NCBI GenBank assembly: GCA_964389135.1
Contig: CAYMDA010000020.1
Span: forward strand, 13,484 to 77,483
DNA length: 64,000 nucleotides
Direction of reading: 5' to 3'
Origin: an uncultured Verrucomicrobiota bacterium
GTDB taxonomy: Bacteria; Verrucomicrobiota; Verrucomicrobiia; Limisphaerales; CAIMTB01
The stretch's first letter is position 1. Every line of letters begins with the position of its first letter. Position numbers and translations under genes: made by a program. A model generated the notes under the pieces. It was not told where the DNA came from, did no database searches, and saw only the letters and a program-made list of their open reading frames with translations. This document shows positions 38,258-49,337 of this stretch, piece by piece.

Positions 38258-38414
38258 CTCGTCTGGAAATACGCCAGATCCGGTTCCGGATCACGCCTCA
38301 AGCGCGGTCGGCGGAGGCCCCCGGGGGTGGAAATCCACCTATGCGAATGCGTTAGCTACGCGATTGACTTATGCTGCGGACCCGGTAAAGGTGCACGCCA
38401 CGGAGCTGACGTAC

Positions 38415-39275
38415 ATGGCCCAACCATTCCAGAGACAGACCGAAGTGTTGCTGCGAGCGGTGGCGGGATGTTCCGTCCTGTCATCGTGCCTGGTCGCGTC
38501 CGCGGCGACGACCTACGATCTGAGTGGGGGTGGAGCGCTGCAGGTCGCGGCGCCGGTGTATGTCGTGGATTTCACGACGTCGGCACCAGCGGATCCCGGG
38601 CTCGCGACGACGTCGGGGCTCGGTGGAAGCGGCGGTTCCGCGGGCTACGACGCGAGCCGGGCGGACGGCCTGCCTGTGACGGCGGGTATGGATCTTCCAC
38701 CGGTTTCCACGACCGACGTGGTGATCGGGCAGTTGGGCGCGGGGCTGGCGGGCAGCCCGTTCCCGACCGTGCTCTCGCTGACGCTGAACGGGCCGCAGTT
38801 TACGCCCCTGTCCACGGTTGCCGGGGGTGGCGGACTCTCGCTGAACGCGTTTCAGGTTTACGTCGCGAGTTCGCCGCTGCAGGACTCGCTGAACCTTGCA
38901 AGCCTGCGGGCGAGCGCGAATCTGGTTTTCGATCTCGACCACGACTACGTCACGGGAACTGCTACGGATCGATCGCTGTTGCTGAATGTCCTGAACGCCG
39001 GCGACTCGAATCCGGATCTCTACGTTCACCTGCCGGCTCCCCTGTTCGAACAGGCCGGGGCAACGGAGGAATCCTTCGTTTACGTGTACTCCGAGTTCGG
39101 AGGATCCGGCTTCGACGTGCATCGGAAGGAATGGGCGTACCTGCGTGCGGGCGGCGGGCTGCCGGGCGGCCTGTTGACACCCGCGGCGGTGCCGGAGGCC
39201 TCCACATGGGTGGCGGCGTGCGCGATGGCGGGATTGCTGGGCGGAACTTTTTGGATTCGTCGCACGCGCGGTTAG
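38415..39275 (+). CDS. PEP-CTERM sorting-domain secreted protein of unknown function
   Basis: Internal ATG at 38415. N-terminal signal-like segment (VLLRAVAGCSVLSSCLVASAA). The C-terminus VPEASTWVAACAMAGLLGGTFWIRRTRG has the pattern PEP motif + TM + Arg cluster. Confidence 0.75.
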   Translation: MAQPFQRQTEVLLRAVAGCSVLSSCLVASAATTYDLSGGGALQVAAPVYVVDFTTSAPADPGLATTSGLGGSGGSAGYDASRADGLPVTAGMDLPPVSTTDVVIGQLGAGLAGSPFPTVLSLTLNGPQFTPLSTVAGGGGLSLNAFQVYVASSPLQDSLNLASLRASANLVFDLDHDYVTGTATDRSLLLNVLNAGDSNPDLYVHLPAPLFEQAGATEESFVYVYSEFGGSGFDVHRKEWAYLRAGGGLPGGLLTPAAVPEASTWVAACAMAGLLGGTFWIRRTRG

Positions 39276-39657
39276 AGGCCGGGCGCGGCGACCACGCCTC
39301 GGGGTGATCATGTATCGCCCCTCACGGCTCGGGTTCTCGGCGGCAGGTTTCCCCGGGGCGATGGTTCTCTGAAGGTGTCGTGTGGCGCGGTGGCATGACT
39401 GCGCCACGACTCCGCCGGCATTCTCCCCGGAACCGCGGTGGCCGCCCGCGCCTTCGGCAGCGAACGCGGCGGACCCGGCGCGGCCGCAGGCGCCTCGTTT
39501 CTTTCCGCCCTCGCCAGGCGACCTCGTTCCCCCGTCGCCCGGGGCATCTTCATTCGTCCGCCTCCCGTGCGGGGATCGGGATTGTTCCGCGGTGTGAACT
39601 TCGCCACCCTCGGGCGAGCCGGCGGCTGACCTCGCCGGTGGAATCCGAGAGAAATCC

Positions 39658-40758
39658 ATGGGAGTGCTACAGCTTCGATCGCCGGAAAGTTGCCGTTGGG
39701 ATCTCATCGCGCTGGGTGAGGTCATGCTTCGCCTCGATCCCGGAGAGTCGCGGGTGCGGGTGGCTCGCGAGTTCCGGGTATGGGAGGGCGGCGGTGAGTA
39801 CAATGTCGCGCGCGGACTGAGGCGGTGCTTCGGCGGGCGCACGGCGGTGTGCACGGCGTTTGCCGACAACGATGTGGGACGGCTTCTCGAGGACTTCATC
39901 CTGCAGGGAGGCGTGGATACCTCGCTCATCCTGTGGCGCCCGTTCGACGGCGTCGGGCGGCTTGTCCGGAACGGATTGAACTTCACGGAGCGCGGCTACG
40001 GGATCCGCGGCGCGGTGGGAATTCCGGACCGCGGGCACACGGCGGCGAGCCAGCTCAAGCCGGGTGACTTCGAGTGGGATCGCATTTTCGGGGAATGGGG
40101 GGCGCGCTGGCTGCACACCGGCGGGATCTTCGCGGCGCTGAGCGAGACGACCGCGGACCTCGTGATCGAGGCGGTTCAGGCCGCGAAGCGGCATGGGGTG
40201 ATCGTCAGCTACGATCTCAACTACCGCCCGAGCCTGTGGAAGAGCATCGGCGGAAAGGCGAAGGCCCAGGAGGTGAACGCGCGGATCGCCCCCTACATCG
40301 ACGTGATGATCGGAAACGAGGAGGATTTCACCGCCGCCCTTGGGTTCGAGGTGGAGGGCGCCGACGAGCATCTGCTCGAGCTGGATGTCTCCGCGTTCAA
40401 GCGGATGATCGAGCGAGTGGTCAGGAAGTACCCGAACTTCAAGGTCGTCGCGACAACCCTGCGGAGCGCGAAGACCGCGACCATCAATGACTGGGGGGCG
40501 ATCTGCTGGGCGGAGGGACAGTTCCACTCGTCGCGGCCGTACCCCAACCTCGAGATCCTCGACCGCGTCGGCGGAGGCGACAGTTTCGCGAGCGGCCTGA
40601 TCTACGGACTGATGACCAGCGGCGATCCCGCGCAGGCGGTCGAGTACGGCGCGGCCCATGGCGCGCTCGCGATGACGACGCCGGGGGACACTTCCATGGC
40701 ATCCCTGAAGGAAGTGGAGGCGGCAATCCGCGGAGGCGGTGCCCGGGTGCAGCGCTGA
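39658..40758 (+). CDS. PfkB-family sugar kinase (2-dehydro-3-deoxygluconokinase-like)
   Basis: ...DLIALGEVMLRLDP...GGGEYNVARGL... and the PfkB signature DRVGGGDSFASGLIYGL. Confidence 0.85.
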   Translation: MGVLQLRSPESCRWDLIALGEVMLRLDPGESRVRVAREFRVWEGGGEYNVARGLRRCFGGRTAVCTAFADNDVGRLLEDFILQGGVDTSLILWRPFDGVGRLVRNGLNFTERGYGIRGAVGIPDRGHTAASQLKPGDFEWDRIFGEWGARWLHTGGIFAALSETTADLVIEAVQAAKRHGVIVSYDLNYRPSLWKSIGGKAKAQEVNARIAPYIDVMIGNEEDFTAALGFEVEGADEHLLELDVSAFKRMIERVVRKYPNFKVVATTLRSAKTATINDWGAICWAEGQFHSSRPYPNLEILDRVGGGDSFASGLIYGLMTSGDPAQAVEYGAAHGALAMTTPGDTSMASLKEVEAAIRGGGARVQR

Positions 40759-40782
40759 GTCCGAAACTCGGGGCAACGGGCC

Positions 40783-42498
40783 ATGCCGCGAACCATCCTC
40801 CGCGCGTGGACGGCCACGGCTCTCGTCTGGGCGGCCGCGTTGCTCCCTGGCGCGCGCGGCGCCGGGCACGGAGCCGTCGCCACGGTGCATCCGCTCGCCA
40901 CGCGCGCCGGGATCGAGGCGTTTGAGGCGGGTGGCAACGCCGTGGACGCGGCCATCGCGGCGTCACTCACCCTCGGGGTGGTGGATCCGCACAATTCCGG
41001 GATCGGGGGCGGCGGTTTTGCGCTGGTCCGGCGCGCGGACGGGAGAGTGTTCGCGCTGGACGGGCGCGAGACGGCTCCGCGTCGCGCGACCCGGGACATG
41101 TTCATTCGCGACGGCCGGGCCGTTGCGGAGCTGAGCCTCACGGGGGCGCTGGCGCCCGGAGTGCCGGGGCATCTCGCCCTCCTGGATCTCCTCGCCCGCG
41201 AGCATGGAAGGCTTCCCCTGAAGCGCCATCTCGAGGAAGCGGCGCGCGTGGCGGATGACGGGTTCGTCGTTTCGCCGCAGCTCGCGGCGGCGCTGAGCGA
41301 TGCGGCCGGGGAGCTGCGCGCCTTTCCGGAGAGCGCTCGCGTGTACCTGAAACCGGATGGCTTGCCGTGGGCCGCGGGCGAGACGTTTCGCAACCCCGAC
41401 CTCGCGGCGACGTACCGCGCGATCGCGGAGCATGGCGTCCGCTGGTTCTACCGGGGGGAGTTCGCCAGGCGCACCGCGGGCTGGATGCGGGAGAACGAAG
41501 GATTGCTGACCCGGCGGGACTTTCGGCGGTACAGGGTGCGCACCCGCGAGCCAGTGCGGACGACCTACCGCGGGTGCGAGATCTTCGGGTTTCCGCCGCC
41601 GAGCTCGGGCGGGGTGCACGTGGCGCAGGTGCTCCAGATGGTGGAACGATTCGACCTCGCCGGGATGGGCGATCGATCGGTGGAGTTCGCGCACGTGATG
41701 GCCGAAGCGATGAAGCGCGCCTTTGCGGACCGCGCGCACTGGCTGGGCGACCCCGACTTCGTGAAGGTTCCCGTCGGGCTCCTCGCGAGGGAGTACACGG
41801 ACGAGCTCTCCCGCGCGATCACGCCGGATCGCGCGACGCCCGTGGCGGGACACGGGCTGCCGCCCCAGTGGGAACGGGATCATTTCGGCCGCCACACGAC
41901 GCACCTTTCAACGGCCGACGATGAGGGGAACTGGGTTGCGCTCACGGCGACGGTGAACACGCACTTCGGCTCGAAGGTGGTGGTGCCGGGCACGGGTGTG
42001 GTGTTGAACAATGAGATGGACGACTTCGCGGCGCAGCCGGGCGTGCCGAACTACTTCGGACTCGTTGGCGCGGAGGCGAACGCCGTTGCTCCGGCGAAGC
42101 GGCCGTTGTCGAGCATGAGCCCGACGATCGTGGTCCGGGACGGCGCGCCGATGCTCGCGATCGGCGGCGCGGGCGGGCCGACCATCATCTCGCAGGCCGT
42201 CCTCGCGGTGATCCGCGTGATTGACTTCGGCCTCGGGGCGAACGAGGCGCTGGCCGCCCCGCGCCTTCATCACCAGTGGGCGCCGGACGAGGTCGTGCTC
42301 GAGCGTGGGTGGCCGGGCGGAGCGGGAGGGCAACTTGAGGCGCGCGGGCACCGGGTGCGGCGCGCGGGAGGAATCGGAGTGTCGCAGGCCGTGCTCCGGA
42401 GGGATGGGAGCTTCGAGGCGGCGGCGGATCCGCGAGCGGGCGGAAGCGCCGCCGTGTGGCGTTCCGGAGGGGGGGCTATTCCTTCCCGCCCGCGATGA
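40783..42498 (+). CDS. ggt: Gamma-glutamyltransferase
   Basis: Signal peptide, ...HPLATRAGIEAFEAGGNAVDAAIAA..., and autoprocessing/nucleophile site HTTHLSTADDEGNWVALTATVN. The 3' end overlaps the convergent cyclophilin gene by 23 nt. Confidence 0.95.
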   Translation: MPRTILRAWTATALVWAAALLPGARGAGHGAVATVHPLATRAGIEAFEAGGNAVDAAIAASLTLGVVDPHNSGIGGGGFALVRRADGRVFALDGRETAPRRATRDMFIRDGRAVAELSLTGALAPGVPGHLALLDLLAREHGRLPLKRHLEEAARVADDGFVVSPQLAAALSDAAGELRAFPESARVYLKPDGLPWAAGETFRNPDLAATYRAIAEHGVRWFYRGEFARRTAGWMRENEGLLTRRDFRRYRVRTREPVRTTYRGCEIFGFPPPSSGGVHVAQVLQMVERFDLAGMGDRSVEFAHVMAEAMKRAFADRAHWLGDPDFVKVPVGLLAREYTDELSRAITPDRATPVAGHGLPPQWERDHFGRHTTHLSTADDEGNWVALTATVNTHFGSKVVVPGTGVVLNNEMDDFAAQPGVPNYFGLVGAEANAVAPAKRPLSSMSPTIVVRDGAPMLAIGGAGGPTIISQAVLAVIRVIDFGLGANEALAAPRLHHQWAPDEVVLERGWPGGAGGQLEARGHRVRRAGGIGVSQAVLRRDGSFEAAADPRAGGSAAVWRSGGGAIPSRPR

Positions 42499-43336
42499 CG
42501 CGGAAGAAGATGTGGGGCGGCTGGGTGGCCAGGAGCTGGCGCATGTCCACGTTCGTGATCGGCCCCAGCGCGGTGGCGAACACCCAGTTGGCGAGATTCG
42601 TCGTGGCAAGGATGTGATGCATCCGGTCCTGCACCGCCTGGATCAGGAGGTTCGTGCTCGCGGGGCTCACGACGAGGGCGGTGGGAACGGGGGGGCCGAC
42701 GGATGGCAGGGGTGGCTGCACGGCGGCGGGATCAAACGCCTCGGCGGATGCGCCCCGGGCGACGATCTCGATCCCGTGAATGACGACGGGCGTCACCGGT
42801 CTGGTGCCCTCGGTTTCCACGCTGCTGATGGCGTGCACGACGTCCATGCCCTCCACGACCTCGCCGAACACGGAGTGCACGTTGTCGAGGTGCGGGGTGT
42901 TGGTCACCGTGATGAAGAACTGGCTGCCGTTGGAGTTCGGGCCGGAATTGGCCATGGAGAGGATGCCCGGCCGCGAGTGTCGCAGCTCGGGATGGAATTC
43001 ATCCGCGAAGCGGTAGCCCGGGCCGTCGGTGCCGAGGCCGTTCGGGGAGCCACCCTGGATCATGAAGCCTGCGATCACGCGGTGGAACGTGACCCCGTCG
43101 TAGAAGGGGCGCTGGACGATCGCCCCGCCGTGAAGGAAGTCGATCCACGGACGGGAACCCGTGGCGAGCGAGACGAAGTTGGCGACGGTGCGGGGCGCGC
43201 GCTCGTACTCGAGACGGCACCAGAACGATCCGAGCGAGGTGTTGAACCCCGCGTAGAGCCCGTCCTCGGCAGGCTGGGCCCATGTGGAGATGACAGAGGC
43301 ACCGGCGACGACCGCCGGCAACAGGAATCCCTTCAT
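42476..43336 (-). CDS. Cyclophilin-type peptidyl-prolyl cis-trans isomerase with a C-terminal extension
   Basis: Signal peptide, then the cyclophilin core (FHRVIAGFMIQGGSP...SMANSGPNSNGSQFFIT), followed by about 110 aa with no motif I recognise. Confidence 0.9.
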   Translation of the reverse strand: MKGFLLPAVVAGASVISTWAQPAEDGLYAGFNTSLGSFWCRLEYERAPRTVANFVSLATGSRPWIDFLHGGAIVQRPFYDGVTFHRVIAGFMIQGGSPNGLGTDGPGYRFADEFHPELRHSRPGILSMANSGPNSNGSQFFITVTNTPHLDNVHSVFGEVVEGMDVVHAISSVETEGTRPVTPVVIHGIEIVARGASAEAFDPAAVQPPLPSVGPPVPTALVVSPASTNLLIQAVQDRMHHILATTNLANWVFATALGPITNVDMRQLLATQPPHIFFRVIAGGKE

Positions 43337-44187
43337 GTTGGTCTTGATACGGATTGAACCCGATGAAGCGCCCGCTGCAGCGGCGCGCCGCTCGTGACGA
43401 TCTCAAATCCTCGATCCCTGTCCACCGGGCGTCTCCAGAAGACGCCGCCGGCCCGCTGGATGATGAATCCGCCCGCGGCGATGTCCCAGAGGCGGACGCC
43501 ATGCTCGACGTATGCGTCGAACCGGCCCGACGCCACGTACACGAGGGAGAGCGCGGCTGCGCCCATGATGCGGATCTTGCGCACGCGGTGGACGAGGTGC
43601 TGGAAGACCGGGAGCATGCGATCGAGGGAGCGGGCGTCCTTCGCGAAGCCGAGTGCGACGATCGCATGGTCGAGACGCGGGCGCGCGGTGGCCCGGATGC
43701 GCCGGCGGTTGAGGAGGGCGTGGGACCGGTCGGTGGCTTCCCAGAGCTCGTCGGTGAAGGGATCGTAAACCACGCCGAGCCGGGTGCGGAACCCGTCGTG
43801 ATCCGTCGGGGAGTCGGGGGGAGGGTTGGCGGCGTTCGGGTCGCGCTCCTGGAGCGCGATCGAGATGCAGGCATGGGGAACCCCGGAGGAGAAGTTGACC
43901 GTGCCATCGATGGGATCGACGACCCAGCGGAGCGCGGCGCCGGGGTCCCCGGAGCTGGCTTCCTCCCCGAGGATGGCGGCATCCGGCAGGGCCGGCCGGA
44001 GCGTGCGCGCGATCAGGCGCTGGCAGCGTTCGTCCAGCTCGAGCTTGATGTCGTGCCGGGTTGATTCGGAGACGCGCTTGCTCCGGTGGAGGTTCCGGCG
44101 GAGCACCTCGCCGGCGTCACGGGCGGCGCGGATGGCCGCCTCGAGCGCGTTCTCAAGGTTGCGGGAGTCAGTTCGCGAAGCGGGCAT
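43333..44187 (-). CDS. Inositol monophosphatase family protein
   Basis: ILGEE...WVVDPIDGTVNF motif. The stop overlaps the cyclophilin start (ATGA at 43333-43336). Confidence 0.9.
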   Translation of the reverse strand: MPASRTDSRNLENALEAAIRAARDAGEVLRRNLHRSKRVSESTRHDIKLELDERCQRLIARTLRPALPDAAILGEEASSGDPGAALRWVVDPIDGTVNFSSGVPHACISIALQERDPNAANPPPDSPTDHDGFRTRLGVVYDPFTDELWEATDRSHALLNRRRIRATARPRLDHAIVALGFAKDARSLDRMLPVFQHLVHRVRKIRIMGAAALSLVYVASGRFDAYVEHGVRLWDIAAGGFIIQRAGGVFWRRPVDRDRGFEIVTSGAPLQRALHRVQSVSRPT

Positions 44188-44355
44188 GACTGGGATTTGG
44201 AGGTGTGAGGTCCGTGGAAGGAGGGGGAATGGGGGGTGAACGGAGGGTTTTCCCTTGGCTCAGGCGCGGTTGCAGGTACTTTCACGCCACTTTATCCCTG
44301 TCGACAGGGGAGGGCGCCGGACCCAATTTGTGAGGGCGGCAGCCGTCGTTGCAGC

Positions 44356-46142
<1,787 letters not shown>

Positions 46143-46146
<4 letters not shown>

Positions 46147-47501
46147 CACCGCCCGGAATGCAGAGCCCAGCCCTCGCCCGGCAGATGCCGACCATCGAAA
46201 TCACCGAGACGCCGGCTTCGGGAGGCCTGCGCCTCTGCCTCCGAAACCCGGCGATGCTCGGCCGGTGGCTGGTGTCGCGGCGGTTCCGTCACGCGGTGGA
46301 GATGCGCAAGCACGTCTGGAAGATCCGGTGCTTCCAGCGGGACGAGCTGAGCCCGGCCGCGTTGGCGGAGGTGGACGCGGGACTGCGCCGGTTCGATGGC
46401 CTGCTGCGTTCCGGGGCCGGGGGAGAGACGCTGGCGCAGGGCCTCGCCGAACTCGAGGCGACCGCGAGGAAGTGGCTCCACCCCTACGCCAACGCGGCCA
46501 CGCGCGAGAACGTCGAGGTGTTCCTCGTCGCGATCGGTGTCGCGATGGCGATCCGCACCTTCTTCCTGCAGCCGTTCAAGATCCCCACCGGATCCATGCA
46601 GCCGACCCTGTACGGCGTGCACTTCGAGGACCTCAGCAGGCAGTCCGACGTGAAGGTGCCCGGTTTCCTCGGCTCGATCGCGGCCGCCCTCCTCCGCGGG
46701 GAGTTCTACCACGAGATCATCGCCGAGGACGACGGCGTGATCGTGCGCGTGGAGCCCCACGGCTCGTTCCCGTTCATCAAGTACCAGGACGTGATCCTGC
46801 GGTACGACGGCGCGTCGGGTTCGCGCGAGGTGCGCGAACGCGTCTGGTTCTCGCCGGTGGACGGCCACGGCGGCGATCTCAGCAACGGGCTCCGCGGTGT
46901 GATCGGCTGGGATGAGGGCGAGGTTTTCAGGCCGCTCGTGGCGGGCCGGCGATTCCAGAAGGGGGATGTGTTGCTCCGCCTGAAGGATGCCGCGGGCGAT
47001 CACCTCTTCGTCGATCGGCTCACGTACAACTTCCGGCCTCCCCGGCGTGGCGAGATCATCGTGTTCGAGACCCGCGGGATCCGGGGCATCTCCCCGCCAG
47101 ACCAGTTCTACATCAAGCGCCTCGTCGCGCTCGGGGGCGAGCAGGTGCGGATCCTCGATGACCGGCATCTGGTGATCGACGGGGAGCGCCTGGACGCGGA
47201 CACGCCGCATTTCGAGAAGGTGTACAGCTTCGAGGGCCCCCCGAGGGAAAGCGAATACTCCGGGCACGTCAACGGGGCCGTGGCCAGCAAGTTCGGAAAG
47301 CACCCGGGAATGACAGCCTACTTTCCGACCCAGCAGGCCGTCGTAACGGTGCGGCCCCGGCACTACATGGTGATGGGCGACAACACGCTGAGCAGCTACG
47401 ACTCACGCGGCTGGGGTGACTTCCCGCAGACGAACGTGGTGGGCCGCTACTGCTTCGTGTGGTGGCCCTTCACGTCGCGCTGGGGCGCCGGCGCGGAGTG
47501 A
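46143..47501 (+). CDS. lepB: Signal peptidase I
   Basis: Catalytic boxes PTGSMQPTL, YIKRLVALGGE and MGDNTLSSYDSRGWG. GTG at 46143 overlaps the lepA stop, with an alternative ATG at 46158. Confidence 0.9.
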
Positions 47502-47559
47502 CCGGAGCCGGCCGGGGGCGCGCTGCCGAGGACGGTTGTCGCGCCCGCGAGCCTTGCAC

Positions 47560-48030
47560 ATGTTGCGCCACATGCCGCTGGCCACCGCCATGCATCCCGG
47601 AGAACAGTCGGTCACGCAGATCTCCCTGTTCGTCGCGAACCGGCTGGGCCGGCTGCATGACCTCATGGTCCTGCTCCGGCGCCACGCGGTTCACGTCCTC
47701 GGCCTCACCGTGCTCGACACGACGGACAGCGCGATTCTGCGGCTTGTCGTGGATGATCCGGAGCGCGCGATGGAACTTCTGCGCGAGAACGGCTTTCCCT
47801 TCACCGAAACGCGGATCCTGGTGGTGGAGGTGGATGTCGAGACCCGGCTGCAGCAGGCGTTGTCCGCGCTGCTCGAGGCCGAGATCAACATCCATTACAT
47901 GTACCCGCTGCTGACGATGCCCGCGGGACGGCCGCTGCTGGCGATGAACCTCGAGGATCACGAGGTGGCGGCCGAGGCGCTCAGGCGCCACCAGATCCGG
48001 GTCCTCAACCAGACGGATCTCTCGCGGTGA
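47560..48030 (+). CDS. ACT domain-containing protein
   Basis: Internal ATG at 47560. Two ACT-like beta-alpha-beta-beta-alpha-beta segments (ISLFVANRLGRLHDLMVLL... and ILVVEVDVETRLQQALSALLEAEINI...). Confidence 0.7.
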   Translation: MLRHMPLATAMHPGEQSVTQISLFVANRLGRLHDLMVLLRRHAVHVLGLTVLDTTDSAILRLVVDDPERAMELLRENGFPFTETRILVVEVDVETRLQQALSALLEAEINIHYMYPLLTMPAGRPLLAMNLEDHEVAAEALRRHQIRVLNQTDLSR

Positions 48031-48053
48031 CGCCCCGCGCCGCATCCGGCTTC

Positions 48054-48272
48054 CTAGCCGAGACGATAAACGATCCGGGCCTTGTTGATGTCGTAGGGGG
48101 ACATCTCCAGCTTGACCCGGTCCCCCACCGTGAGCCGGATGAACCGCTGGCGCATCTTTCCGGAGATGTGGGCCAGCACCTCGTGTTTGTTGTCGAGCTG
48201 CACGCGGAACATGGTGCCCGCGAGCACGGAGGTTACACGTCCCTGGGTTTCAATGCTCTGTTCCTGATTCAT
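48054..48272 (-). CDS. infA: Translation initiation factor IF-1
   Basis: Internal ATG at 48272 gives a 72-aa protein, [72 protein letters not shown]. Confidence 0.95.
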   Translation of the reverse strand: MNQEQSIETQGRVTSVLAGTMFRVQLDNKHEVLAHISGKMRQRFIRLTVGDRVKLEMSPYDINKARIVYRLG

Positions 48273-48527
48273 AATGATGCGCTGGTGCCTTCGAATCGTG
48301 ATTGTGATCCGCCGCGCGACGGGCACCGCGCCGGACGGCAGGACGAAAAAGCGGGACCCGTGCGAGTGGGCCCCGCGGCAAGCGATAAACTCCAGTTATT
48401 ATGCTGCGGGTCTCATTAAGCTCAAGTCATTTCAGGAACGGCCGGTGCTCCCGGGCGGGAGGAGGCATGCACTGGGGCGTTGCGCCGGCACCCGACGCGA
48501 ACCCAGGATGCCTCGGTTCGAGAAGCC

Positions 48528-49337
48528 ATGAAGCACGATTCCGAGGTGGTTCCATGTCGGCGCGCGTCTCGCTTCGCGGGCGTGCTGGTGCTCGCGGCGT
48601 TCGGCATGGCCGCGGGGAGCGGCAGGGCCGGGGATGCGTGGGACCCCGCGCCGGACTCTGACATGCGCCCGGTGTCCACGTTCTCGATCGTCGCGTTCGA
48701 CCCCGCGGTGAAGGAGTGGGGTGTGGCCGTCCAGAGCCGCTTCTTCGCGGTGGGCACGGTGGTGCCCTGGGCGAAGGCGGGTGTCGGCGCCCTCGCGACG
48801 CAGGCGTATGCCAATCTCACGTACGGCCCGGAGGGCCTCGCGATGCTGGAGGACGGCGGGAGCGCGGAGGAGGTGGTCCGCAAGCTGACGGGCGGGGATC
48901 CGGGGCGAGACCGCCGCCAGCTCGGGGTGGTGGACGCCGAGGGGCGCGCCGCGAGCCACACGGGCTCCGCGTGCAACGAGTGGGCGGGCCACATCGTGGG
49001 GACGCACTTCTGTGTGCAGGGGAACATCCTTGCCGGGGAGGGCGTCGTGAGGGCCATGGTGCAGGCGTTTGAACGGGCGCGGGAGACGGGCGAAGGCGAG
49101 CTGGCGGACTGGCTGATGGCGGCGCTCCACGCCGGGCAGGCCGCGGGCGGCGACACGCGCGGTCAGCAGTCCGCCGCGCTGCTCGTCGTGCGCGAAGCCG
49201 GAGGGTACGGCGGCGCAAACGACCGCTTCATCGACCTGCGGGTGGACGATCACCGCGCGCCCATCGACGAGTTGTCGCGCCTGCTGGAGCTCCATAAGGA
49301 GTTTCACGGGCGCGCGCACCGGAGGAAGGGGAAGTGA
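48528..49337 (+). CDS. DUF1028 family (Ntn-hydrolase fold) protein
   Basis: Internal ATG at 48528. Signal peptide, then STFSIVAFDPAVKEWGVAVQSRFFAVG...GVGALATQAYAN...AAGGDTRGQQSAALLV. Confidence 0.8.
   Translation: MKHDSEVVPCRRASRFAGVLVLAAFGMAAGSGRAGDAWDPAPDSDMRPVSTFSIVAFDPAVKEWGVAVQSRFFAVGTVVPWAKAGVGALATQAYANLTYGPEGLAMLEDGGSAEEVVRKLTGGDPGRDRRQLGVVDAEGRAASHTGSACNEWAGHIVGTHFCVQGNILAGEGVVRAMVQAFERARETGEGELADWLMAALHAGQAAGGDTRGQQSAALLVVREAGGYGGANDRFIDLRVDDHRAPIDELSRLLELHKEFHGRAHRRKGK

Noticed and set aside
38369-38379. The 11-mer TTATGCTGCGG occurs in two promoter-like spacers (38369-38379 upstream of the PEP-CTERM gene, and 48399-48409 between infA and the DUF1028 gene). In both it is followed a few nt later by TAA(A/G)G.
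   Set aside because: There are only two copies. By a rough estimate, a chance 11-mer match among a few kb of intergenic sequence is not improbable, and I did not see it in the other spacers I read. Only worth revisiting with genome-wide motif counts.
34535-39307. Two very long + strand ORFs (34535..36694 and 36698..39307) over the glnE region, plus the minus ORF 38481..39986.
   Set aside because: They are antisense or out of frame to glnE (two clear nucleotidyltransferase motifs) and to the PEP-CTERM gene. Their translations are Arg/Gly/Ala/Glu-rich and motif-free.
39382-39407. Hairpin GTGGCGC-N12-GCGCCAC in the 383-nt spacer upstream of the kdgK-like gene. I considered a riboswitch or attenuator.
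   Set aside because: The stem is short with a large loop, there is no U-tract, and I could not recognise any conserved riboswitch core in 39276-39657.
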